DNA of 64,000 nucleotides from a virus: IMG/VR virus record IMGVR_UViG_3300032132_000211, positions 3,999 to 67,998 of that record; one strand, 5' to 3'. Shown piece by piece: positions 49,127 to 58,153 of this stretch (position 1 is its first letter; each line of letters starts with the position of its first letter). The notes under the pieces were generated by a model. It saw only the letters and a program-made list of their open reading frames with translations, ran no database searches and was not told where the DNA came from. The position numbers and the translations under genes were made by a program.

Positions 49127-50137
49127 TTAAATAACGATTTTCGCGACTTTGGTTGCAAGGCCAGCAACGTCGGACTTTACGTGTTCGACGAGCTTATCGC
49201 GTTCATCTGTTATCTTTTTTAATTTTGCATCCGTGAGGAGCTTAGTTGTCGTCATGCTTTCTTCTAGCACTTCTGCCAACTCAGCCTTCTCTTGTAGCTG
49301 CGTGTAGTCTTCCGCCCACGTCTCATCTTGTTTCACAAAGCAGTCCAAACAAAGAACAAGTTCCTTGCCGGTAGGCTCGATGGCCCAAGACAGGCCCTGG
49401 ACATCAGTCTCGTCACAAACAGAACAGTCGCCTTCCGTAAAGCTAAACGTCTGAATGATCGGCTGATTAATTACCGCAACGTCGTCAACCTCTTCCGCTT
49501 CCACCACTTTAGTCTCGACCTCTGGGTTGATTGCGTCTTCATCCGAGCCAACGAGCTGTTTGTAGGACACTAGATCCCCACCAGTCTCGGGCTGGAACAT
49601 GATCGACTTCCAAGAACCATCCATCGTCGTAAACGTGGAGTCAGCGTTCATAGGAATCGTAACAATTGACACTTCCAGTAGTTCCATGTCTTTAATAACC
49701 GTAACATCAGTCTCTGGGTCATAGTCGCTCTTTACGGGCCGGAATCCGATGCTGAAGGAGCGTACTAGACCTTGATCCACTAACTTCCAGACCTTGTCGG
49801 CTTCTGCGAAATCGCTAGCGACTTCAGCTTCAACGAACAGTCCATCGTCACTGATTTTAAAGTCTGTAATAGTTCCAACAGGTACTGCCCAGTCATGATT
49901 GTAGAACATGACAGGGTTTTCCATATACTTGTCGATTGAACTCTTAAATGCGTCAGGCAGGACCAGATCCTTGCCTCGATCAATCGTTGCCGTGTTGGCA
50001 AAGCCTTTGATCTTTCTACTACGGCTACCACTTGCCGACTTGGTGTCTAGGCTGTTTGTGGCTTCTGTTTGGATTGCGTCAAATGTAAAGCTTTTTACTC
50101 GACCTTCAACGACTTCTTCAGGTTGTGAATTCTTCAT
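49127..50137 (-). CDS. HK97-family prohead protease with C-terminal extension
   Basis: IKGFAN, DRGKD, MFYNHD, PVG, FSIGF, LLEVSIVTIPMN. Confidence 0.93.
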   Translation of the reverse strand: MKNSQPEEVVEGRVKSFTFDAIQTEATNSLDTKSASGSRSRKIKGFANTATIDRGKDLVLPDAFKSSIDKYMENPVMFYNHDWAVPVGTITDFKISDDGLFVEAEVASDFAEADKVWKLVDQGLVRSFSIGFRPVKSDYDPETDVTVIKDMELLEVSIVTIPMNADSTFTTMDGSWKSIMFQPETGGDLVSYKQLVGSDEDAINPEVETKVVEAEEVDDVAVINQPIIQTFSFTEGDCSVCDETDVQGLSWAIEPTGKELVLCLDCFVKQDETWAEDYTQLQEKAELAEVLEESMTTTKLLTDAKLKKITDERDKLVEHVKSDVAGLATKVAKIVI

Positions 50138-50200
50138 TCCCCTATCTCTCTTAATTAAATTTGGTAAATACCATTGGTATATTATATCACAATTTGAAAG

Positions 50201-51646
50201 CTATTCTGGCTTATCTTCTTCTTCGGGCTCTTCTGTGTCTTCTGGAGCGTTATCAACAGGGACAGGTGCCTCTGGTAGCTCTTCTCCTGTATGCTCCGAT
50301 AACGCTGGTGTACCTGAGTAACTGGCAAATCGTGGTGATGGTATATCGCCCCAATCTAGTATGGCTTCGTCTGGATATAGGTGGCCTAAAACCTTGTTTA
50401 TGGGCCAGCCGACGCGCTCTACTAAGGTAGCAGCCGTCTCAGCTCTGACCTTCTTCATATCATCCGTCTCTCTAAGAGCCGGGATATTCGTGATATCAGG
50501 AACAATTTCAAAATGCTGTGAGAACTCTTTCGTAAGGCTAGAGTTCAGCTTTGTTAGGATTCTGTTGGCTAGCGGTTGGATAGTACGCGACCAGAAATCA
50601 ATGTGCTGTTCTCGGACACCAGCACTGCGTCCTGAGCTGCTTTCCGCATTAAAGATGCCTACGATTGACGGCGGAACCTTGAGAATACTAAGGATTTCCT
50701 CTCTGCTATGCTTTCGCAGATTAAGGAAATCTAAATCTTTGGGATTGGGAGTTGTTTGTTGCCAATTCATTCCTCCAGACAAAATAATAATCTTACCGAC
50801 CTTACTTGTGCCCTCATAACTCTGTTTCAGTTCTCTTTTTGCTCTACGATACTCTTCTTCGTTAAGGCCGTCCTCAACGGTGATAACGCCAGAAGGCCAT
50901 GTCGCGTTGCTAAAGTACGATGCGTTCCAATTAAGAGCTTCCCAATCTAAGTCCATTGTCTGCCTGATCGCTGCAATTGGGGCTAACCCATAGTGGGACT
51001 CACCTCGGGGATCAGGCATTTTTATATGGATCACCTCGTCAGGACTAAATGAGATTTTAATTTGGTTGACAGTGTACACATAGCCCTTGACAAACTTCGT
51101 AGGATGGGGCAGAACTTGCATGTTTTTTGGATTTAGTACATACAGCTCATGTGGTCGGCCTCTTGAGTCTAGTGCGGCTTTTTCAATATATGCGTTCCCC
51201 GTGAGAAGGAGGTGCATAGCCACTGTCTCCTTAAATTCTACTGCGCTCATCCAAGGATTTGGATTATTAAGAAGAGGGGACAGCCCAACGCCATCTCCCT
51301 TCACAGCCTCGTTTGGCTGGCCTTTTCTGCGCTTATCAATTACCCTGAAATTAACTTGGCTTAATGCTCCAGCAATCGTGCTTACTCCAATGTAGAGCCA
51401 GACGGATCTTGCATACTTATTCAGTAATGTAGAGTAGCCTTCGTCGCCCTGCATCCCTAGATCGCCAAATCCAGAGCCAGAACCAAAATAGTTGTTGGTG
51501 TATACGTTTGAATCTTGGTGCGCTGCTCTAGCTGCCCCTGAATCCTTCGTGTCGATCTGGCCGTGCTGTTGCTCCAGCATTTCGATACGGGAATCTCTAC
51601 GGGAACTAGGCAAAATTGCGCTAAGTGTATCTCTAATTAAGCCCAT
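50201..51646 (-). CDS. portal protein (HK97 family)
   Basis: LLNNPNPWM, LLLTGNAY, EVIHIK, YGLAP, KVPPSIVG. Confidence 0.94.
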   Translation of the reverse strand: MGLIRDTLSAILPSSRRDSRIEMLEQQHGQIDTKDSGAARAAHQDSNVYTNNYFGSGSGFGDLGMQGDEGYSTLLNKYARSVWLYIGVSTIAGALSQVNFRVIDKRRKGQPNEAVKGDGVGLSPLLNNPNPWMSAVEFKETVAMHLLLTGNAYIEKAALDSRGRPHELYVLNPKNMQVLPHPTKFVKGYVYTVNQIKISFSPDEVIHIKMPDPRGESHYGLAPIAAIRQTMDLDWEALNWNASYFSNATWPSGVITVEDGLNEEEYRRAKRELKQSYEGTSKVGKIIILSGGMNWQQTTPNPKDLDFLNLRKHSREEILSILKVPPSIVGIFNAESSSGRSAGVREQHIDFWSRTIQPLANRILTKLNSSLTKEFSQHFEIVPDITNIPALRETDDMKKVRAETAATLVERVGWPINKVLGHLYPDEAILDWGDIPSPRFASYSGTPALSEHTGEELPEAPVPVDNAPEDTEEPEEEDKPE

Positions 51647-51651
51647 AAGAT

Positions 51652-51660
51652 ATTATACCA
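51652..51660 (-). promoter_or_regulatory. extended -10 late promoter (portal); representative of about 11 copies
   Basis: TGnTATAAT here and at 17131, 30278, 31851, 33231, 38121, 46461, 50181, 56185, 59624; TGGTAGAAT at 48251; all at gene boundaries. Confidence 0.75.
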
Positions 51661-51697
51661 TAGTTATTTGCGGTTTCAGTCATGTTTTACCCATGTT

Positions 51698-52456
51698 TTA
51701 TACAACAAATATACGCTTAGATACGTACGATATGCTGTCTATGGCCGCTCGTCTGGCAAACCAGAGGGCCATCATAGTATCATCGTGCCTGCCAATTGGA
51801 TAAGAAGTCAATTCATTGATTAAAATGCCGCACAGATCCCTCTCATCCTCACCCATCATGGGAATAGTCCAGTTGTGCTTCTCAAACTCTACTGCCATTC
51901 GTGGGAGGCCGTTCTCAAGATCGTTCTTATTGACGGCGTTGGTTGTGAAAGACTTTACCGGCAGATCGGTCTTTCTTTTTAGTTCTTGGACAATGGCCTC
52001 CTGATATGCGTTGTTTTCAACCATAATTAAATTCGGGTCGAAATAATCAGCCCACAGCTCGATCTTCCTGATTTGTTCACTGAATGTCAGGCCCCGGTCT
52101 CGAAACATTCCGACTAAAGTCTTACGCCTCGTAGTTTTGTCACAAACTATAATTGAAATACAAAAGAAGTCACCTTGACTCTTCTTAGTAGCAATTGCGA
52201 GGTCAACTCCCATGAAACATTTATATGATTCTGGAAAAGTCCCTCTGAATGTGTTTTCTTGGCCTGGGAAGTATAGCTCCGCTTCTGAGTCAATACATTC
52301 TTCTACGTGTTCCGGCCTGAATAGAATGTCGTCCGTTGCCAAGGGCTGCTGACGCCAGCCACGAGCAAACTCTCGCTTCCCTACTTCCTCTTCTTTGTTT
52401 TTAAGTACCTTTGCGTTCCACTTCTCCCACAAAGGAACCTGCGCTGTAAGTTTCAT
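51698..52456 (-). CDS. terL: terminase large subunit, C-terminal nuclease domain (separate ORF)
   Basis: REFARGWRQQP, GVDLA, VENNAYQ, HDDTMMA; directly upstream of portal. Confidence 0.88.
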   Translation of the reverse strand: MKLTAQVPLWEKWNAKVLKNKEEEVGKREFARGWRQQPLATDDILFRPEHVEECIDSEAELYFPGQENTFRGTFPESYKCFMGVDLAIATKKSQGDFFCISIIVCDKTTRRKTLVGMFRDRGLTFSEQIRKIELWADYFDPNLIMVENNAYQEAIVQELKRKTDLPVKSFTTNAVNKNDLENGLPRMAVEFEKHNWTIPMMGEDERDLCGILINELTSYPIGRHDDTMMALWFARRAAIDSISYVSKRIFVV

Positions 52457-53235
52457 ATTAAAATTTCCTTTAACTCGTGCCCGAAGTATTCCTTGTACTC
52501 TTCTACGTGCTGATCTGGAATGATTACGTCGCAGTCCAATCCAGAGAAGTCGTCAGCCACCTTCTGAATCAACACACCGTATTGATTGAGCATGATGGGG
52601 TCTGAGGTAACAAATCCAAGAAGGTCGTCTTCGTGCCAACGAGTACAAATTGCTATCACCTGGCGTTTATTTTCATTGCCTTCTACGTTTGGCTCCACAC
52701 GAGACAGCCAGACCTGTGCGTAAGTTGCTAGATGCTGCTCTCGTGTTGATGGCTGCGATACCGCAGTTCTCTGGTCGAAGATATCGTCAACAAGCAGTAT
52801 GTCTGCTCGTCCACCAATCGCTGAGGACATAATACCTTTAGCATCGACGCTTGCGTCTTTTGCGATTGTCTTACGTTCAACGAACAGCTTATGTTTGCTC
52901 CATTCCTCCTTGTTTCCTGGAATAATGCCGGGGAACAAGGTTTTGAAGTCTTCGTCTGTTTCTATATAAGCCTTAATAGCAGAGAGCCGCTCTTTGGCAG
53001 CATCGTCTGATAGGCATACTAGTTTAATTCTTAATGTAGGATCATTCCCTAGTAGAAATAGTGGCAGTGCGACTGCCGTGATCTGAGTGTTATGTGACAC
53101 CACGCCGTTAGTAACGTGGTTGTTAGTACCTTCGACTTCTAGGCCGATGGTTTGCTGGACGCCTACGTCTTCTACTGAAGCAACCTCGTCCCAGCCTTCA
53201 TTCTCGTTATCTATTGCTAATTTAAGATTTGGCAT
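52453..53235 (-). CDS. terL: split intein C-part (49 aa) fused to TerL ATPase C-extein
   Basis: WDEVASVE..LEVEGTNNHVTNGVVSHN then Thr+1; GGRADILLVDD Walker B, TRWHEDDL; AAGGA 9 nt upstream of ATG. Confidence 0.9.
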   Translation of the reverse strand: MPNLKLAIDNENEGWDEVASVEDVGVQQTIGLEVEGTNNHVTNGVVSHNTQITAVALPLFLLGNDPTLRIKLVCLSDDAAKERLSAIKAYIETDEDFKTLFPGIIPGNKEEWSKHKLFVERKTIAKDASVDAKGIMSSAIGGRADILLVDDIFDQRTAVSQPSTREQHLATYAQVWLSRVEPNVEGNENKRQVIAICTRWHEDDLLGFVTSDPIMLNQYGVLIQKVADDFSGLDCDVIIPDQHVEEYKEYFGHELKEILI

Positions 53236-53560
53236 GTGGTTTAATCCTTGTAGCTGATACAGCTCTACCTTTGTATTTATACCTGTAGGCTTCTATTTTC
53301 TTATCGGCTTCCGCTGACTGTTGTTCAGGGGTTTGCCAGGAGCAGTTGTGGACTGAATAGTTGCCCAAGTCCATTCGCCTGCCCAATGTAGTTCCAAATG
53401 GCCTTTCACCCATTTGCTTTAAAAATTTGTTGTAGTCTTTCCATGAAGGGTCGTACGTAACGCCTCTGCCGCCGTAATAAGCAAAATATATGTGCTCTGT
53501 GTTATCGCAGCGGTCTTTCATATAGAGCCAAGACTGATATGTTCCGTTAGGGTCTTTCAT
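53222..53560 (-). CDS. HNH-type homing endonuclease-like protein
   Basis: YQSW..MKDRC, YGGRGV, MGERP..TTLGR, GNYS..NCSW; usual D in 'LDR' is G here. Confidence 0.82.
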   Translation of the reverse strand: MKDPNGTYQSWLYMKDRCDNTEHIYFAYYGGRGVTYDPSWKDYNKFLKQMGERPFGTTLGRRMDLGNYSVHNCSWQTPEQQSAEADKKIEAYRYKYKGRAVSATRIKPHAKS

Positions 53561-53630
53561 CTAGTAACCAAAGTAGCAGTGCTACAAATTCCCCCAAAAT
53601 TATAAAGTCGTGTTCCATTTTGTGTTCTAT

Positions 53631-53664
53631 AACCCAGGGAAGCTGGTTAAAGCCTCCCTGGGTT
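53631..53664 (-). other. strong hairpin in the intein spacer
   Basis: AACCCAGGGAGGCT-TTAACC-AGCTTCCCTGGGTT on minus strand (14 bp incl. one G-U). Confidence 0.7.
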
Positions 53665-53756
53665 GTTACTTTTAGTCTCTTGATATCATCATCGACCGGC
53701 CTGGCTCCCTCTTCCCCTTCTTTTCAGTCGAAGCTTTGGGTGCGAAGCACTGGATC

Positions 53757-53875
53757 TTTTTTTCTTCATCTTCTTTTTACTCTTCTTTTATTTCTCTTCT
53801 CTTCTCTTTATTTCTTATTATTTCTTCTTCTCTTCTTTCTTCTTCTTTTGTTTTTTCTTCTGTTGTTTCTTTATA
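53757..53875. repeat. low-complexity polypyrimidine/polypurine tract
   Basis: About 120 nt almost only T/C on plus strand (TTC, TCTTC units). Confidence 0.9.
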
Positions 53876-53990
53876 AAGGGTCGCCACTCAGTTACCTATA
53901 TGTCGTTGAAAACATTCGGGAATGCTGACGTTGCCCCGGTCGGTAGGATTCTGGTCCTACCCCATGGCCCATGTACTTGAGGATCTCCAT

Positions 53991-55142
53991 TTATACGATT
54001 CCCAGAATCCTCGTAAATTCGGGTATTTGTTCATCTTTAAGTACAACAGCAATAACGCGCTTTATTTCAGGGTCCCAGGTTACTCCACTCACATTATCAG
54101 GCTCTTCAGCATCATTGCCTACTATACCTGCCTGTGCGTGAGGTTGTCGCTGCTTTTGTTGTGTGAGTAGTTCTTCGTCTAGAAGTATTAAATTCTCCAC
54201 TGAACTCTCCCCACATGTATATTGTAGCAAACGCTGTATGCCGTTTGCAAGGCTTTTCGAGTCCGTTGCCATATAAATTATCTTCTGCTCCTTGTCCCAT
54301 ACGCCAAGACAGTCGAAATAGCCTTTTAAGAAGAACTTCACTACCTTTTTACTATGTAAACTGATTTGATTTATGATGTCTTGTTCACACAGGTCGTAGG
54401 TCCCGATAGCCCGTGTGTAGTAGTCAGACTTGTAATCCTTGTTCTTACTGAACTTGTAAGGGTCGAATTCCACATCGCGTTCCTTACTAAAATCAGAGTA
54501 AAAGCCGATAGCACCGTCCTTGGCTCCGTAGTAGTCAGTGTTCTTAGCCAGTATACATCCAATCATGTACGCGTCTGTAGTCGTGTACATGTCTAGGACG
54601 TGTTCCTTCTCCCATTTTATAAGTGTCTTTACTTTATCCTTCTTAGGACGCAGATCCTGCGCCTCTATCCAGCCCGAGTCTGTCAAGAACGGGTGATCTT
54701 CGCTGACGGTAATTCTCCTTCCACTTTTAAATGTGACTTCAATGCACTTCTTCTCAAAGCTCTCCTTCTTGCTAACTGGCTTCCATACTGGCTTCCTGTT
54801 CTCTTCATCATAGCTGAGAACCCTGTCACCAGGCTCGATTGACTCAGCTTCTACATAACCGGCCTGTGTTAATACGGGTGTATCTGGGGCCATGCATTTA
54901 CCCGATGACATTGGGGCCAGGATAAGGCAATTCAAATTGTTAGCTTTACAAAAGGATATGTGTCGTATCCAAGTCTTTTGTAGCTCGGCTAGTTCAATCT
55001 TAGCGCCGGAGCTTTCGTCCTTGACTACATATTCACAGAACGCCATGAAGTCTTCTCTGGCATTCTGCCTCTTCTTCTCCTCTAGGAGACCTTCTCGTTC
55101 TTTAAGTAGAGCTTCTTGTTGCTTCAGTATTGATGCGTCCAT
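53991..55142 (-). CDS. terL: TerL N-extein (82 aa) fused to split intein N-part with LAGLIDADG-like domain
   Basis: APMSSGK|CMAPDTPVL block A, SEDHPFLT..GW block B, AYMIGC, FLKGYFD, SKSLANGIQRLL; ends without His-Asn. Confidence 0.9.
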   Translation of the reverse strand: MDASILKQQEALLKEREGLLEEKKRQNAREDFMAFCEYVVKDESSGAKIELAELQKTWIRHISFCKANNLNCLILAPMSSGKCMAPDTPVLTQAGYVEAESIEPGDRVLSYDEENRKPVWKPVSKKESFEKKCIEVTFKSGRRITVSEDHPFLTDSGWIEAQDLRPKKDKVKTLIKWEKEHVLDMYTTTDAYMIGCILAKNTDYYGAKDGAIGFYSDFSKERDVEFDPYKFSKNKDYKSDYYTRAIGTYDLCEQDIINQISLHSKKVVKFFLKGYFDCLGVWDKEQKIIYMATDSKSLANGIQRLLQYTCGESSVENLILLDEELLTQQKQRQPHAQAGIVGNDAEEPDNVSGVTWDPEIKRVIAVVLKDEQIPEFTRILGIV

Positions 55143-55687
55143 TATAAGTCAACCTTCTCCTTTTTATCCATCGCCTCAAACTCAGCATCCAAGGCATCAA
55201 GTTTGGCTTTGTTTTCATCTAGCTTATCTTTGATCTCTTTAGGATTGTCAATCTTGACTTCGTGCTCATGCTTAACAACCTTGTCTGGTTCACCCATAAG
55301 CGACCTTACTAGGTCTACTGCATTCGCCATAGAAGAAGAAAGCTCTTTGATCGTAGCCTTCTCAATCTTATCAGAGTCAACAATTGCCGCCGATGCCATG
55401 CTTATGAATGCTACCATGTTGATAATGGTTTCTTTTTTCTTAATATTATAATATGCTTCTAATTCTTGATCGTCATCAAAGTAAGTTTTTAATTCACCTT
55501 TACGATACTGTGAATACATATCCCAAGAAAGCTTTGCCAAGTCGGGTCCCGCCGCTAGCATTATTTCAGATGTTTTGCTGTTGGCCTCCTTAACCTTCTT
55601 CTCAAGATCCTTCACAGCCACCACGGAGTCGGCTTCTTTATCCGCCTCTAGCTCCTTCTCGTCAAACTTTACAATTTTCTTTGTCAT
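55142..55687 (-). CDS. terminase small subunit candidate
   Basis: Helical, directly upstream of TerL, LMGEP..KHEHEV C-terminal pattern. Confidence 0.55.
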   Translation of the reverse strand: MTKKIVKFDEKELEADKEADSVVAVKDLEKKVKEANSKTSEIMLAAGPDLAKLSWDMYSQYRKGELKTYFDDDQELEAYYNIKKKETIINMVAFISMASAAIVDSDKIEKATIKELSSSMANAVDLVRSLMGEPDKVVKHEHEVKIDNPKEIKDKLDENKAKLDALDAEFEAMDKKEKVDL

Positions 55688-55698
55688 AAGTATCTCAA

Positions 55699-55926
55699 CT
55701 AGTTAAAATTTTTGTCTCGGCTAGAAACGTGTTGTAGGATTAACGCAGCTAACCTCTCTAGATCTACGTCGCCTAATATGAACACGCTCTTGTTAACCCC
55801 TGACTTAGAATCTACAAACAGGAAGAGTCCTTCTATATCACCTTGCAAGGATAGCTCTTCTACTGTGTCGCTGAATCGGTCCAACACCTCATCATGCGTG
55901 TCAGCCTCCAGATCTACAACTTTCAC
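55699..55926 (-). CDS. hypothetical protein
   Basis: GTGA overlap with upstream gene. Confidence 0.55.
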   Translation of the reverse strand: MKVVDLEADTHDEVLDRFSDTVEELSLQGDIEGLFLFVDSKSGVNKSVFILGDVDLERLAALILQHVSSRDKNFN

Positions 55927-56156
55927 TTCTTTGCCCGATCCCTATACTTCTTGTGGTGCTGCTTCACCTTTTCAGGGTGCTCAGTTTTCCAATTCTTATG
56001 GTAGTCCGGGTGCTCGGCCTTCCATTTACGATAATAATTGCCTTTACACGTTTTGCAAGGATAAACGATCTTGTTTGTCGTTTTCCTGGTATAGAATTGA
56101 TCTTCGGGCTGGTCCGTTCCACATTTTTTACAATGATATGTTAATTTGTCCGTCAT
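55923..56156 (-). CDS. small zinc-binding basic protein
   Basis: CKKC...F...CKTC, like N-termini of phage endonucleases; AAGGAG RBS. Confidence 0.6.
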   Translation of the reverse strand: MTDKLTYHCKKCGTDQPEDQFYTRKTTNKIVYPCKTCKGNYYRKWKAEHPDYHKNWKTEHPEKVKQHHKKYRDRAKK

Positions 56157-56245
56157 TTAATCTTTTCTCCTTATCATATATGCTATTATATCATATATAG
56201 ACTTTTTTTTATTGAGAAAACTCAAAAGGAGATAAAATAAATACT

Positions 56246-56638
56246 ATGGCCAAGCTACCATTTCGCAAACTTAAGATAGGCCCACATAAATGGGACATTA
56301 AATTTGCTCCTTTGAACGATGAGGACCATCGTAGCAAGAAGTATAAGAAGGAAATGGAAGGTTGTGGCAAGCACGCTGTATTTTTTGGTGAGACTGATTT
56401 TGAGAAAACCCTGATTAGGTTGAACGAGAATATGGATGAGGAGATGATGGGGGAAGTAATCGTGCATGAGATTATTCACATCGCAATAGACGAATGCAAT
56501 CTTAGAGCACAAATCAAAGTAGGTGATGAAGAGCAAATCGTTCAGAACCTAGGTGTGTGGCTGCTGATGGCCTTCAGAGATAACCCTTGCCTCAAAGATA
56601 TCATCTTCCCTCCTAAAAAGAATAGAAAAAAGCGTTGA
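56246..56638 (+). CDS. HExxH zincin-like phage protein
   Basis: FGET, IRLN, HEIIH, EEQIV. Confidence 0.7.
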   Translation: MAKLPFRKLKIGPHKWDIKFAPLNDEDHRSKKYKKEMEGCGKHAVFFGETDFEKTLIRLNENMDEEMMGEVIVHEIIHIAIDECNLRAQIKVGDEEQIVQNLGVWLLMAFRDNPCLKDIIFPPKKNRKKR

Positions 56639-56663
56639 AAACACATTGTGAAGTTGGTATACT
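56635..56663 (+). promoter_or_regulatory. sigma70-like promoter for thyX (leaderless)
   Basis: TTGAAA-17-TATACT with TG extension; GTG 7 nt downstream. Confidence 0.8.
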
Positions 56664-56670
56664 ATAAACA

Positions 56671-57336
56671 GTGAACCTAGCAAGAATATCCGTTGAGCTT
56701 ATCGACAACCTGGGAAGTGATCTTACTGTAGTCAACGCGGCACGCGTGTCTTTTGATAAGCACCACGATGCACTGGACAAATCTGATGAAGGACTTATCA
56801 GGTATTTAGCTGCGCACGGACATTGGACGCCCTTTTCACATCCGCAGATTCAACTCAGGATTACAGCACCGATCTTCGTAGCGCGGCAAGCGTTCAAACA
56901 CAAAGTGGGGCTAACCGAGAACGAGATCAGCAGACGGTACGTTGACTCAGAGCCTTCCTTCTATATACCAGGCAACTGGAGAGCGCGTGCAGAGAATAAG
57001 AAGCAAGGATCGGGTGGTGCAGTAAGCGCAGAAGATAACTCGGCAGCAGCAATAGAGTGTATAAAGCATTACTACAATTGTTTGGAGATCTACAACAATA
57101 TGTTGGAGCGAGGGGTGTGCCCTGAGCAAGCGCGGGTGGTTTTACCTCAGAGCATGATTACATCTTGGTATTGGACTGGCAGCTTGTTTGCTTTCGCAAG
57201 AGTGTGCAATCTGCGCAACAGTCCAGATGCTCAAGAAGAAATTCAAGAACTTGCGCGGCAAATAGAAGAAGCCGTAAAGAATCTATATCCCCTATCATGG
57301 GGGGAGCTAACAAAAAAGGAGAAACTAAAATGCTAA
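56671..57336 (+). CDS. thyX: flavin-dependent thymidylate synthase
   Basis: VNAARVSF, HWTPF, APIFVARQ..KH, NEISRRY, PEQARVVLP, AQEEI. Confidence 0.96.
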   Translation: MNLARISVELIDNLGSDLTVVNAARVSFDKHHDALDKSDEGLIRYLAAHGHWTPFSHPQIQLRITAPIFVARQAFKHKVGLTENEISRRYVDSEPSFYIPGNWRARAENKKQGSGGAVSAEDNSAAAIECIKHYYNCLEIYNNMLERGVCPEQARVVLPQSMITSWYWTGSLFAFARVCNLRNSPDAQEEIQELARQIEEAVKNLYPLSWGELTKKEKLKC

Positions 57337-57632
57337 AGACAGAAGAAGGGTTTGAAGGCGAGGAACTCAACCAAGACGTAAGCGTAGAGGACAATATTAT
57401 TATTGAGAACATGTTCAAGGGCAGCCACTACGTAGTGGGCGTTCAAGCACAACTCTTACAGCTTGTACCTCTACACGACATTCTAGAAACACTAGAAGCT
57501 AAGATTAAAGCCGCCGGTATGGTGCCCATCAAAACAGACGACGACGACACTCAGTTGTTTATGATTGCATACGGCACACCAGATGGTGAATACCCGGAAG
57601 AAGAAGATGATGATGACGCAGTACAAGAATAG
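57330..57632 (+). CDS. acidic hypothetical protein
   Basis: AAGGAG RBS before ATG 57330. Confidence 0.6.
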   Translation: MLKTEEGFEGEELNQDVSVEDNIIIENMFKGSHYVVGVQAQLLQLVPLHDILETLEAKIKAAGMVPIKTDDDDTQLFMIAYGTPDGEYPEEEDDDDAVQE

Positions 57633-57912
57633 TACTAGCAAGGTCGATCACCCTAGCCATTACAACAAGGGCGGAGTTGAAACCATTGATATCATTCGCA
57701 CGTACCTCACTGCCGACGAATACGTCGGCTTCCTTCTTGGGAATGTGCTTAAGTACAAGCAACGTGCCCAGTTCAAAGGTGGCGAGGAAGATCTCGCTAA
57801 GGCCGACTGGTACATCAAACGTCTTGAAGAGTGCCAAGTGTACTGGAGTGACAAGGCGATGGATGAGTTCGTAGACAACCTCGAAAGAATAAAAAGCCTT
57901 GAAAACGCATGA
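57607..57912 (+). CDS. DUF3310-family protein
   Basis: VDHPSHY, ETIDII, GNVLKY, KGGEEDLAKA.WY. Confidence 0.88.
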   Translation: MMMTQYKNSTSKVDHPSHYNKGGVETIDIIRTYLTADEYVGFLLGNVLKYKQRAQFKGGEEDLAKADWYIKRLEECQVYWSDKAMDEFVDNLERIKSLENA

Positions 57913-57927
57913 GTAATTTGGTATAAT
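57899..57927 (+). promoter_or_regulatory. sigma70-like promoter
   Basis: TTGAAA-17-TATAAT with TG extension. Confidence 0.85.
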
Positions 57928-57934
57928 ATAAATA

Positions 57935-58153
57935 GTGGCAACAGCTAACAAAAAAGATGCAGTACAAGCCCAAGCATGGGCACTACAATATACGAAGGGC
58001 GACAAGGTGACTCTAGATCCCTTTACTTTCGTATCCAAACAGGACGCTATGGCGGGCTACGAGCACGACGATAGAAATCCTGGTATCTCCTACAAGCAAG
58101 GCCGCAGAAGTGGCGTTGTAAAAATAGTACGAGTCAAGGTTGTTGCACTTTGA
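57935..58153 (+). CDS. hypothetical protein
   Basis: GTG 7 nt after a consensus -10. Confidence 0.55.
   Translation: MATANKKDAVQAQAWALQYTKGDKVTLDPFTFVSKQDAMAGYEHDDRNPGISYKQGRRSGVVKIVRVKVVAL

Noticed and set aside
52440-52480. Programmed -1 frameshift fusing TerL ATPase and nuclease
   Set aside because: No in-frame XXXYYYZ heptamer; RBS and ATGA overlap favour coupled reinitiation
53620-53928. Plus-strand Leu/Phe-rich ORF as a membrane protein
   Set aside because: By-product of the pyrimidine tract; antisense to the late operon, no RBS
53236-53990. Group I intron interrupting a contiguous intein
   Set aside because: No recognisable P7/catalytic core, the HNH ORF overlaps the downstream start leaving no 3' intron structure, and IntC has its own RBS and ATG; not formally excluded without an Infernal scan
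54030-54110. AP2-like fragment (VSGVTWD..KR..A) within the intein endonuclease
   Set aside because: Too short to distinguish from chance
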